From Phycisphaerae bacterium (GTDB taxonomy: Bacteria > Planctomycetota > Phycisphaerae > UBA1845 > Fen-1342): a DNA stretch of 64,000 bases. Under the pieces are notes generated by a model. It was not told where the DNA came from. It saw nothing but the letters and a program-made list of their open reading frames with translations, and did not search any database. Shown here piece after piece: positions 8,317-17,821 of the stretch. Both the position numbers and the translations under genes were made by a program. The stretch covers positions 288,001 to 352,000 of the forward strand of contig CAXXWX010000015.1 of the NCBI GenBank assembly GCA_963675745.2, given 5' to 3'. Positions within the stretch are counted from its first letter, which is position 1; every line of letters begins with the position of its first letter.

Positions 8317-9753
8317 ATGAGGCTGCTCGTAAAGAATGCGACGCTTGTTACCGCGGATAATGTCCGCGCCGGCTGCGCCTTCGTCGTGGAGGATGACCGC
8401 GTGGCCGCCACGGGCGCCACGGAGGACTTCTCCGATCCACCCGACGGCGGGCCCTACGACGAGATCATCGATGCCGGCCGGTGTCTGGTAACACCCGGCT
8501 TCGTCAACACCCACCACCATCTGTACCAGTCGCTGACGCGCTGCCTGCCCGCTGTGCAGAATCGGCCGCTGTTTGACTGGCTTCGCGGATTGTACGCACG
8601 CTGGCGCAACCTGGACTATCGCGCTACGAAACTGGCCGCCAAGGTCAGTATTTGCGAATTGCTGCTGCACGGCTGTACCACCACCAGCGACCACCACTAC
8701 ATGCTGCCGCCGCACACCGACGCGCGCATCGAAGCCGTGCTCGAAGCGGCCGAGGAGTTAGGCATCCGCATCCACCTGTGCCGCGGGAGCATGACGCTGG
8801 GGCAATCCGCGGGTGGGCTGACGCCGGATGACTGCATTGAGCGTGATGCGGACGTGCTGGCTGACTGTATGCGCGTGCTGGATGCGTATCACGATCCCGC
8901 GCCGCACGCCATGCGCCGCATCGACCTGGCCCCCTGCTCACCGTTCAACGTCACGCGCGAGTTGATGCGCGACACGCTCGCGCTGGCCCGCGAACGTGGC
9001 GTTCTGCTGCACACACATCTGGCCGAGACGCTTGATGAGGATGCTTATTGCCGGGAACACTACGGCTGCCGTCCGCTGGAGTATCTCGTGGACATGGACT
9101 GGCTCGGGCCGGATGTGTACCTCGCCCACTGCGCCCAGCTCAATGACGACGAGATCGGCCTGCTCGCGCACACGCGCACCAGCGTGGCCCACTGTCCGAC
9201 GTCAAACATGCGGCTGGGCAGCGGCATCGCGCCACTCGAGAAAATGCTGGCCGCCGGCGTCAACGTCGGGCTGGCCGTGGACGGCTCGAGCAGTAATGAC
9301 TGCGGTAATCTGCTGGCGGAGGCGCGCATGGCACTGCTGGCGGCGCGCGTGCGCGCCGCTATCACCGGCGAACGCACCGCCGCAAGCGCGACGCCGCCGC
9401 CCCAGTCGGGTGAAGCTGCTGCCGCCCCCGACGATCTGCTGGCGGCGGCGCGCGTATTTCGGCTGCTCACCCAGGGTGGTGCGAGTGTGCTGAATCGCCC
9501 GGAACTGGGACAGCTCGAACCCGGGGCGGCCGCCGATTTCGCGCTCTTTCGCATTGACGACCTTGCGTTGGCCGGCGCCGTTGCCCGCGACCCGCTCGCC
9601 GCGCTGCTGCTTTGCGACGCGCCGCGCGCCGACCGCGTGTTTGTCGCCGGACGCGAGCTCGTACGCGACGGACGCATCCAGATGCTCGATGAAGACCGCC
9701 TGGCCCGTGAATTCAACGACTTTGTTGCCGACAGTGCGGCCGGCGGTGCCTGA
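8317..9753 (+). CDS. 8-oxoguanine deaminase-like amidohydrolase
   Basis: PGFVNTHHHLYQSLTR, APCSPF, LHTHLAET, AHCPTSNMRLGSG and VDGSSSND. Confidence 0.88.
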   Translation: MRLLVKNATLVTADNVRAGCAFVVEDDRVAATGATEDFSDPPDGGPYDEIIDAGRCLVTPGFVNTHHHLYQSLTRCLPAVQNRPLFDWLRGLYARWRNLDYRATKLAAKVSICELLLHGCTTTSDHHYMLPPHTDARIEAVLEAAEELGIRIHLCRGSMTLGQSAGGLTPDDCIERDADVLADCMRVLDAYHDPAPHAMRRIDLAPCSPFNVTRELMRDTLALARERGVLLHTHLAETLDEDAYCREHYGCRPLEYLVDMDWLGPDVYLAHCAQLNDDEIGLLAHTRTSVAHCPTSNMRLGSGIAPLEKMLAAGVNVGLAVDGSSSNDCGNLLAEARMALLAARVRAAITGERTAASATPPPQSGEAAAAPDDLLAAARVFRLLTQGGASVLNRPELGQLEPGAAADFALFRIDDLALAGAVARDPLAALLLCDAPRADRVFVAGRELVRDGRIQMLDEDRLAREFNDFVADSAAGGA

Positions 9754-11033
9754 TGCGTGCGCGCGGCCCGATTACACGTCGAGTGTTGCGACACGCCGTC
9801 GCATTGGTTGCCGCGCTGCCGATTTGGCTTGGCCTGGCCGGCTGCGAAAAGCAGGATGCCGGCCCCCCTGGTGATGTAACCGACCCGACCGCCGTCGATC
9901 GCCTGCGCGCACTCCCGTACATCGGCAGTACACCGGTCGAGCACGGCGCCGGTGACGGGGTCGTGCGGCGTGACGCGCAGCGCTCCGCACCCGGCTATAA
10001 CCTCTATACGGTCCAACCGCTCAGCACCGCCGAGCTGATCGACGAGCAGGGCCACACGATCCGCAGTTGGCATCTCGACGGCAGCGCCCGCTGGGCGCGC
10101 GCCGAGCTGACTGACAACGGCGACTTGCTGGTCATCGGGCTCGACGCACGCCGCACGCCTGACGGTGCCCCGTTGCCCTACGACCCCGATGACGCACGCT
10201 ACCTCGCATGGCTCGACTGGGACGGCGATCTGCTATGGAAGAAGCAGTTGCCGGTTCACCATGATGTCGAGCAACAACCGGATGGCAACCTGCTCGTGCT
10301 CGCCCTGCGTCGCAGAAATGTACCAAAAGTACATGCCGAGCTGCCGACGCGCGACGACCTGGTGCTGACGCTCGCTCGGGACGGAACAGTGATTGGCACA
10401 CAGTCTTTGCTGGACGGAATTGCCGCCAATCAGCCGGCGTTTGAGCTGCACCGCGTGACGCCCGACAAGCGCGGCGGCGCGCCCTGGGTCGATCTGCTGC
10501 ACGCCAATTCCATCGAGGTATTGCGCGACGAAAGCCTGGCTTCGCGCCACGCGCTGTACAAGCCCGGCAACATCCTCGGATGTTTTCGCCATCAGAATCA
10601 GATTGCGGTTTTTGATCCCGCGCGCAACCGGGTTATATGGAGCTGGGGCGCCGATGAGCTGCGCGGCCCACACGATGCCCAGATGCTGCCGAGCGGGAAC
10701 ATTCTGCTCTTTGACAACGGCCTGGGGCGCGGGTATTCGCGGGCTATTGAGCTCAACCCGGTCAGCCGTGAAATCGTCTGGGAGTACAAGTCCGATCCAC
10801 CATCGTCGTTCTATACCGCAAGCAAGGGATCGGTGCAGCGCTTGCCAAACGGCAATACGCTGCTGGCCGAGTCGGATCGCGGGCGTGCGTTTGAGGTCAC
10901 GCCCGACGGCGAGATTGTCTGGGAGTTTCTGTGTCCCCATCGCGTCGCGGGCGACCAGCGGGCCGCGATCGTGAGGTTATATCGTCTGCCGCGCGCGAGG
11001 ATTGATGCCCTGATCGAAGCGCACGACGACTGA
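9753..11033 (+). CDS. Arylsulfotransferase (ASST)-like beta-propeller lipoprotein
   Basis: LAGC lipobox, HHD, LHANSI, GPHDAQ, LLFDNG and GSVQRLPNGNTL. Start overlaps the upstream stop (TGATG). Confidence 0.75.
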   Translation: MRARGPITRRVLRHAVALVAALPIWLGLAGCEKQDAGPPGDVTDPTAVDRLRALPYIGSTPVEHGAGDGVVRRDAQRSAPGYNLYTVQPLSTAELIDEQGHTIRSWHLDGSARWARAELTDNGDLLVIGLDARRTPDGAPLPYDPDDARYLAWLDWDGDLLWKKQLPVHHDVEQQPDGNLLVLALRRRNVPKVHAELPTRDDLVLTLARDGTVIGTQSLLDGIAANQPAFELHRVTPDKRGGAPWVDLLHANSIEVLRDESLASRHALYKPGNILGCFRHQNQIAVFDPARNRVIWSWGADELRGPHDAQMLPSGNILLFDNGLGRGYSRAIELNPVSREIVWEYKSDPPSSFYTASKGSVQRLPNGNTLLAESDRGRAFEVTPDGEIVWEFLCPHRVAGDQRAAIVRLYRLPRARIDALIEAHDD

Positions 11034-11075
11034 ATGCGGGAGCTGACCCGCGATGCATGACGGCAGGTCACACCT

Positions 11076-12578
11076 ATGAAGCGGAAACGCAGAACGCGGC
11101 GTACACAGCCCACCGAAACACCGGCGCGCAAGCCATCGCGCGGGCTTCAGCGGGTTGCCATCGCGTTGCTGGCGGCTGTCGGAGTGCTGGTCGCCTGGTA
11201 CATCGCCGCGCGCGGCCCGCGTTACGCCGGCCCGGCTCGCCACGTGATTGTGATTTCGCTCGACACCACGCGCGCGGATCATCTTGGCTGTTATGGGAAC
11301 GCCTGGATACAGACGCCGAACCTTGACGCGCTGGCGGCCGAGTCGATCCTCTTCGCCGATCACCTGACCGCCGTCACTACCACGCTGGCATCGCACACAT
11401 CGCTGTTCACCGGTAAGTACCCGCAGTCACACGGCGTGCCGCGCAACGGCTTCGTGGTCCACGATGACAACGTGATGCTGGCCGAAATCCTGCGGGACGC
11501 CGGCTTTCATACGGCGGGCTTTCTCGGGTCATTTGCGCTGGAAAGCCGCTTCAATTTCGCCCAGGGTTTCGAGGACTACGATGAGTGGTTCGATACGCTG
11601 GTCGGGCCGGGCGGATTCGACCAGAATCAGCGCGACGCCGCGGCCGTAACCGACGCGGTGATCAAGTACCTCGACGGCCGGCGGCTGCCGCGGAACCTGT
11701 TTCTCTTCGCCCACTATTTTGATCCACACATGCCCTATACGCCGCCGGCCCCGTTTGACCGGATGTATGGGGATGACGAGCTGCCCGGCACGCACCAGGT
11801 TTCGGACCACCCCGCCCTGGTCGCCGGGCCGCGAACGGCGGAAATCCGCAAGCAGCTTTACAGTTATGCTGGCGAGGTTTCCTATGCGGATCTGCACATC
11901 GGCCGGCTGCTGATATACCTGCGCACGCGCGGCATTCTTGATGACGCTATCCTGGTCGTGACGAGCGACCATGGCGAAGAGCTAACCGATACCAAGGGTC
12001 GGCCGTTTGACCACGGCTGGACGGTCTACAACTCTGAAGCGCGTGGCGTGTTGATGGTGCGTCTGCCGGGTGGCGGTAAGGCCGGCTCGGAATACAAATA
12101 TCTGACATCGAGTACGGACGTACTACCCACGCTGACCGAGTACCTCGGGCTGCCGACGCCGCCCGGCGTTGACGGCGAGGCCATCGAGTTGCTCGATACC
12201 TCGCTCCGCCAATCCGGCGACCCGCCGCGCGTCTGCTTCTCGGAAGGGACCAAACCCTGGGATGAGGTCGAGACCGACCCGCGCTGGTTCGGCACGCGCA
12301 AAGCCCGGGGCGTTCGCCGTGGACCATATAAATACATCCGCACCGAGTACCGTGGTACCGAAGAGCTCTACAACCTGGACGCTGATCCGCTCGAGCGCAA
12401 CAATCTGCTGAGCGGCGGAAACGTGGAAATGCGCGCGCTCGCGCGCGAACTGGCCGACATTCTCAACACGTGGACCAACGCCGCCGACCCGCTGCCGACT
12501 CGTTTCGAGCCAAGCCAGCGCGAGGAAACCATCCGCCGTCTGCGCGCGCTCGGATACCTGCGCGACGACGGAGGATAG
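11076..12578 (+). CDS. Sulfatase/alkaline-phosphatase-superfamily hydrolase with Thr at the nucleophile position
   Basis: ISLDTTRADHLG, TLASHTSLFTG, HYFDPH, TSDHGE, ELYNLDADPLE and C-terminal RLRALGY. One N-terminal TM. Confidence 0.85.
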   Translation: MKRKRRTRRTQPTETPARKPSRGLQRVAIALLAAVGVLVAWYIAARGPRYAGPARHVIVISLDTTRADHLGCYGNAWIQTPNLDALAAESILFADHLTAVTTTLASHTSLFTGKYPQSHGVPRNGFVVHDDNVMLAEILRDAGFHTAGFLGSFALESRFNFAQGFEDYDEWFDTLVGPGGFDQNQRDAAAVTDAVIKYLDGRRLPRNLFLFAHYFDPHMPYTPPAPFDRMYGDDELPGTHQVSDHPALVAGPRTAEIRKQLYSYAGEVSYADLHIGRLLIYLRTRGILDDAILVVTSDHGEELTDTKGRPFDHGWTVYNSEARGVLMVRLPGGGKAGSEYKYLTSSTDVLPTLTEYLGLPTPPGVDGEAIELLDTSLRQSGDPPRVCFSEGTKPWDEVETDPRWFGTRKARGVRRGPYKYIRTEYRGTEELYNLDADPLERNNLLSGGNVEMRALARELADILNTWTNAADPLPTRFEPSQREETIRRLRALGYLRDDGG

Positions 12579-12589
12579 GGGGAAAGATA

Positions 12590-12694
12590 AGTCAGAAGTA
12601 TGAAGTCAGAAACGCGCGAATCGGCACCATGCGATCGACAGCGCGTTTCTAACCTCTAACCTCTAACCTCTAACCTCTAACTTCTGACTTCTAA
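12590..12694. repeat. Heptamer tandem repeats (CTCTAAC/TTCTGAC)n flanking a GAAACGCGC...GCGCGTTTC hairpin
   Basis: About five CTCTAAC-type units read directly. Lies between the convergent sulfatase and leuS genes. Confidence 0.85.
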
Positions 12695-15504
12695 ACTATC
12701 AGATTCACCAGCCGGCCGGGGACTACGATCTGCTTCTTGATGTCCTTCCCGCCGATGGCCTTGACAACCGCGTCGAGCTTCAGGGCCGCGGCGATGATCG
12801 CGTCTTCCGATGCATCGGTCGGCACATTGATGCGCCCCTTGAGCTTACCTCTGACCTGGACGGCCATTTCAACCGTCGCGTCAATTGTCAGAGCCTCTTC
12901 ATAGCGGGGCCACGCCTGCTGGCAGGCCAGATCCTCGTGCCCGAGGCGATGCCAGAGCTCCTCGGCGATGTGCGGCGCAAACGGGCACAGCACCAACAGA
13001 AAACGGTCGATCTGACCGCGCCCGATGCTGTCGGCTTTCACCGCCGCATTGACCCACTCAATCATCGCCGAGACCGCTGTGTTCAGCGCGAAGCGGTTGA
13101 TGTCGCCGCTGACCTTCTTGATGGTCTTGTGCAGCGAGCGCTCGAGGGTTTCGTCGTCGTGGTTGACGATCTTGGGGTTCAGCGTCCAGTCGCCGTTGGA
13201 TGCGGCCCCCGCGGCGTCGTCTCCCGCCGGCATCACGACCAGACGCCAGACCCGCTGGAGGAAGCGGTGTACGCCGATGATATCACGCGTATTCCACGGC
13301 TTGCTGGACTCGAGCGGTCCCATGGCCATTTCATAAAGCCGCAGCGTATCCGCGCCGTACTCCTCGATGATGCGGTCGGGGTTCACCACGTTCTTGAGCG
13401 ACTTGCTCATCTTCTCGACGCTCTCGGCGAGCACCTCGCCCGTATCGGTGTGTACCGGCTTTTCGTCTTTGTAGGTGACTTCATCGAGCGGGACACAGAC
13501 GCCGCGACCGTCGCGATAGGCGAAGCTCTGGATCATGCCCTGGTTGAAAAGCGTATGGAACGGCTCGGGCGTTGACACGTGTCCGAGGTCATAGAGCACC
13601 TTGTGCCAGAAACGCGCGTAGAGCAGGTGCAGCACGGCGTGCTCAGCCCCACCCATGTACAGGTCCACGCCCCCCACCTTGGGTTTGCCATCATGTCCCT
13701 CTCCGCCCATCCAATGTTGTTCGGCGTCGGCGCCAACAAAGGCGGCGGAGTTGTGGGCGTCGCAAAAACGCAGGTAGTACCAGCATGAACCGGCCCACTG
13801 CGGCATGGTGTTCAGCTCGCGACGGTAGGTCTGGCCCTTCCGCTCGAACGTCGCCCAATCCTGTGCGCGCGACAGTGGCGTCTGCGGCTCGGCGTTGGGA
13901 TCGTTGCTGGCATGCGGCCGGAAATCCTCCATCTCGGGCAGACTGACCGGCAGATCCGCCTCGTCCACGCCGCGCGCAAACGCGGCTTCGTCGTACACAA
14001 TCGGGAATGGCTCGCCCCAATACCGCTGGCGCGAAAAGAGCCAGTCGCGCAGCTTGTACTGGATGGTACCCTCGCCCAGGTCGCGCTCTTCGAGCCAGAG
14101 CGTGATCTTGCGCTTGGCCTCCGGGGTCGGCAGTCCGTTGATGTCGCACTGCCCATCGAAGCGGTTCTCACCGGAGGGGGAATTTACGCTCACTCCGTCG
14201 CCGGTGAATCCGTGCCAGTCTTCACCCGCGGGCGGTTCGACGACCTTCACGACCTCCAGTCCGAACTTCTCGGCAAACTCGAGGTCGCGCGTATCGTGGC
14301 CCGGTACGGCCATGATCGAGCCGGTGCCATAGCTGATCAGGACGTAGTCGGCGACCCAGATGGGCACGCGCTTGCGGTTGACCGGGTTTATCGCATAGGC
14401 GCCGGTAAAGACGCCGGTCTTGGTCTTGGTGTCCGCCGTGCGTTCGAGTTCCGAGCGATTTCTGGCGGCCTCGACATACTTCGTGACCTCGGCGCGATGC
14501 TCGGCGGTAGTGATCATCGAAACCAGCCGGTGCTCGGGCGCGAGCACCATGTAGGTCGCCCCGAAGAGCGTGTCGGGCCGGGTGGTGAAGACACGGATGG
14601 TGGGGTGTTCGCCATCGATGTCGATATCGGTTTCGGTCTCGAGCGAGAAATCGACGTAAGCTCCCTCACTACGACCGATCCAGTTGCGCTGCATGAGCTT
14701 GATCGGCTCGGGCCAGTCCAGCTCGGCCAGATCGCCGAGCAGCCGGTCGGCGTACTCGGTGATGCGCAGCATCCACTGCTTCATCGGCCGGCGATAGACA
14801 GGATGGTCGCCGCGGTCGCTACGGCCGTCGTTGGTGACCTCTTCGTTTGACAGCACCGTCCCCAGCGCCGGGCACCAATTGACCGGCACCTCGTCGCGAT
14901 AGGCCAGCCGGTGCTCGTCACGATAACTCTCGACGGCGGCCTGGCCCTGAGCTTTGACGTCTTCGGGGATTGGCAGGTTGGCAATCGGGCGCGCCGCGCC
15001 GACAACATTGCGGCCGTGCCGATCGGTCCAGCGATGCTCGGGGTCATACCACGCGTTGTAAATCTGGAGGAATATCCACTGGGTCCAGCGGTAATAGTCG
15101 GCCTCGCAGGTCGCCACCTCGCGGTCCCAGTCATAACCCAGACCGATCATGCGGAGCTGGCGCTTGTAGGTCTCTATGTTCTTGCGCGTGGTTACCGCCG
15201 GGTGTACTCCCGATTCGACGGCGTATTGCTCGGCGGGCAGCCCGAAAGCATCCCACCCCATCGGGTGCAAGACGTTGTAGCCGCGCATGCGCACAAAACG
15301 CGCGATGATGTCCGACGCGATATAGCCCAGCGGGTGTCCGACATGCAGGCCCGCCCCCGACGGATAGGGGAAGAAGTCCAGGATGTAGAACTTGGGCTTT
15401 TCGCTGCCTGACTCGCCGGGGTTGGCGGCACGCCAGACCTTGTGTTCATCCCAGACACTCTGCCATCTGGGCTCGATTGCGTTAAAGTCGTATATGTCGC
15501 TCAT
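12691..15504 (-). CDS. leuS: Leucine--tRNA ligase
   Basis: FPYPSGAGLHVGH (HIGH-like), KMSKS, LRDWLFSRQRYWGEP and the editing-domain FTTRPDT. Confidence 0.98.
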   Translation of the reverse strand: MSDIYDFNAIEPRWQSVWDEHKVWRAANPGESGSEKPKFYILDFFPYPSGAGLHVGHPLGYIASDIIARFVRMRGYNVLHPMGWDAFGLPAEQYAVESGVHPAVTTRKNIETYKRQLRMIGLGYDWDREVATCEADYYRWTQWIFLQIYNAWYDPEHRWTDRHGRNVVGAARPIANLPIPEDVKAQGQAAVESYRDEHRLAYRDEVPVNWCPALGTVLSNEEVTNDGRSDRGDHPVYRRPMKQWMLRITEYADRLLGDLAELDWPEPIKLMQRNWIGRSEGAYVDFSLETETDIDIDGEHPTIRVFTTRPDTLFGATYMVLAPEHRLVSMITTAEHRAEVTKYVEAARNRSELERTADTKTKTGVFTGAYAINPVNRKRVPIWVADYVLISYGTGSIMAVPGHDTRDLEFAEKFGLEVVKVVEPPAGEDWHGFTGDGVSVNSPSGENRFDGQCDINGLPTPEAKRKITLWLEERDLGEGTIQYKLRDWLFSRQRYWGEPFPIVYDEAAFARGVDEADLPVSLPEMEDFRPHASNDPNAEPQTPLSRAQDWATFERKGQTYRRELNTMPQWAGSCWYYLRFCDAHNSAAFVGADAEQHWMGGEGHDGKPKVGGVDLYMGGAEHAVLHLLYARFWHKVLYDLGHVSTPEPFHTLFNQGMIQSFAYRDGRGVCVPLDEVTYKDEKPVHTDTGEVLAESVEKMSKSLKNVVNPDRIIEEYGADTLRLYEMAMGPLESSKPWNTRDIIGVHRFLQRVWRLVVMPAGDDAAGAASNGDWTLNPKIVNHDDETLERSLHKTIKKVSGDINRFALNTAVSAMIEWVNAAVKADSIGRGQIDRFLLVLCPFAPHIAEELWHRLGHEDLACQQAWPRYEEALTIDATVEMAVQVRGKLKGRINVPTDASEDAIIAAALKLDAVVKAIGGKDIKKQIVVPGRLVNLIV

Positions 15505-15639
15505 GGTGGTTTCACACCTGGCTAAGCACGAATTCCGAATCTACGGCGCGCCCGCGAGTCCCCACGGGGCGGCCCGACTTGTCTCGTTGATGTGACGCGC
15601 CCCCGCGCGACACCGATTGTGTGTCTCTGGCAGCCGCGG

Positions 15640-17598
15640 CTAGCGCAACCGGTCATCCTCGGCCTGCGCCCATTGCGCGCGTAGTCGGATGTTCTCCGGG
15701 TCGTACCAGCCTTGGTAAACCGCGATCATGTCGTTCTGAACACTACGCGCCAACTGGCCGCGCTCCGCTTCGAACTCACCGGCATAGATCGGCGTGATCT
15801 CCTGTAGCTCGCAGACCACCCACGCCTGGCGCTTGGCCACACCGCTGGTGAGTATGCGCTGCTCCAGCGCGAGGCTCGCCGGATCGCCGGCGGAAAAGGC
15901 CTTGTCGGCCAGCGCGTTGACCAGGCCGACCTGCTCGATGACGGGGTTGTTGCGCGTAAACCCGCTTGACTCGTTCGGGCCAAGCAATGTCAGGTTGCGG
16001 CCCGTCTGCGGACTCTCGGCCTCCTCGGGTAGCACATCCGACGAATCCGGTAGTGGTAGCGGCAGCACGGTCAGCTCTTCCTTGAGCTCCGCGGCCTGCT
16101 CGACCGCCGCAGACAACCCAGCCTGTCGCGCGGCTTCCGCGATCTCGCTGGCGCGTTCTCCCGCCAACTCAAAGGCCTTCATCAGTTTCCAGTCGGCAAC
16201 CACCCGCGCGCGCACCTCATCCAGTGACGCCGGGGGACCGGCCGGCTGCACGTCGGTGACGCGGATCAGGAAGGTCTGCCGCGCGTTCGGCGAGAACTGA
16301 CGGGTCTCGCGATCAAACGGGAAGTCGTAGACCAGGGCCGGCTCGTACGGTACCAGCACCGGGCCCCGATCATCCGCGGGCCGCTCAAAGAGCCCCTTCA
16401 CGCGAAATACAAACGTTTCCAGCGGCACCGGTTGGTTGCCGGCGACGTAGCGCGCGATGCCGAGGTTGGGCACGCGCCGTATGCTCAACTGATCCACCCA
16501 TTCGGTTTTTCCGTACTTAACGCGATAGGTCTCGCTGGAGTATTTTTCGGCGAGCTTGTCGAAGGAACCGATCTGATCCTCCGGCGGCGCCGGCCGGAAG
16601 CCCTGCTCATCGCGAGCGCTGGCCAGCCAGGGCTCGTCAACCTCGCGGTGGATCTCGTTGACCAGCCTCTGGGCTTCGGCAATGGCCTTCTCGGCACGGA
16701 GATCACGCTTGACGTCCGCCTTGGCCTCATCGTAAGTCTGCTGAATCTCCTCGACGGTCGGAGGCAGGTCGGTGCCCTCCGGAGCCGGAATCTCACGAGT
16801 GGTCACATAGAGCTGACGATTGTTCTCGAAATAGCGCTGGGCCTCTGAATCACGCACCCGGACGCGTTCCTGGTTTTCAGCCGGGTCAACCGTCAGGTAT
16901 TCGATCCGGATTTTGGCCGGTACGCGATAGCCGAAAACGAGCGCATCGTCGGTATGCGCGGTTTCGCGATCCTTACCCTCCTCGAACAGCCGCTGAAGCT
17001 CCTCTTCGCTCGGCTCGCCCACGTATTCGATGAAGCTGCGGGCCATGATGACGCTGGTCAGCATGACGGCTTCCTGCTTCTGGTCGCGGTAAGCCTGCTC
17101 GAGGCGCGGCAACGAGTCGCCGATGGAGTCGAGCTGCCGCCCGGCCACGTACTGGATGCTGAACCAGTCGGCCACACTTTGATACATCTGCTCCTGGCTG
17201 ATGCGGTAGTCGTTCTGCACACGCGCCGCCTGTTGCGCAAGCTGCTCGGCCGGGACGCCTTGCATGGCCAGGCTCTGACGCAGCGAATCCTGGGCATAAC
17301 CAGGGCCGAACCGCACACCAACGCGGCGGGCCTCCTCCAGCAGCAGATACACGTCAAGAGCGTCCAGCGTGCGCGGAACCTGCACGTTCAGGCGACGGCA
17401 GATGTCGATCATCGTGCTGGCCTGCCGTAGGTCGCCCGAATGCACCGCTTGACCGTAGGCGGTCCCCAGCACCTGGTTGCCTGCGGCGCCACGACCGCTG
17501 AACATCGAGCTCGGCAGCAGAAACGCCACGAGCAGAAACGACATGAAGACCATGAGCAGGGTCTTCGTGTGCCGACGGAAGAGTTTGATCGGATTCAT
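15640..17598 (-). CDS. Membrane-anchored periplasmic chaperone-like protein (PpiD/SurA-N-like)
   Basis: N-terminal FRRH.K plus TM anchor, KIRIEYL, EAQRYFENN and SLDEVRARV patterns, recalled as typical of PpiD-like proteins. Confidence 0.55.
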   Translation of the reverse strand: MNPIKLFRRHTKTLLMVFMSFLLVAFLLPSSMFSGRGAAGNQVLGTAYGQAVHSGDLRQASTMIDICRRLNVQVPRTLDALDVYLLLEEARRVGVRFGPGYAQDSLRQSLAMQGVPAEQLAQQAARVQNDYRISQEQMYQSVADWFSIQYVAGRQLDSIGDSLPRLEQAYRDQKQEAVMLTSVIMARSFIEYVGEPSEEELQRLFEEGKDRETAHTDDALVFGYRVPAKIRIEYLTVDPAENQERVRVRDSEAQRYFENNRQLYVTTREIPAPEGTDLPPTVEEIQQTYDEAKADVKRDLRAEKAIAEAQRLVNEIHREVDEPWLASARDEQGFRPAPPEDQIGSFDKLAEKYSSETYRVKYGKTEWVDQLSIRRVPNLGIARYVAGNQPVPLETFVFRVKGLFERPADDRGPVLVPYEPALVYDFPFDRETRQFSPNARQTFLIRVTDVQPAGPPASLDEVRARVVADWKLMKAFELAGERASEIAEAARQAGLSAAVEQAAELKEELTVLPLPLPDSSDVLPEEAESPQTGRNLTLLGPNESSGFTRNNPVIEQVGLVNALADKAFSAGDPASLALEQRILTSGVAKRQAWVVCELQEITPIYAGEFEAERGQLARSVQNDMIAVYQGWYDPENIRLRAQWAQAEDDRLR

Positions 17599-17821
17599 GC
17601 ATGCGGTCCTTGAAGCGCGCAACCTGACACAGCACTGCCGCAGCTAGCGACAGAACGGACCATCTTAAAGGATGAGTCGGATAAGGCAAGGCGCGGCCGC
17701 GGAACTATCGCGGCGCAGGCGACAACCGGTGCCTGTCTGGACGATACTCCCGCCCGGAGCATCCCCCGCCGTGTACCTCCCCGACGATCGGAGCCGTCGC
17801 CGGACAAGTGTCGATAATAGG

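Noticed and set aside
15505..15640. T-box riboswitch upstream of leuS (also checked serS and proS)
   Set aside because: No T-box consensus or terminator/antiterminator arrangement is visible.
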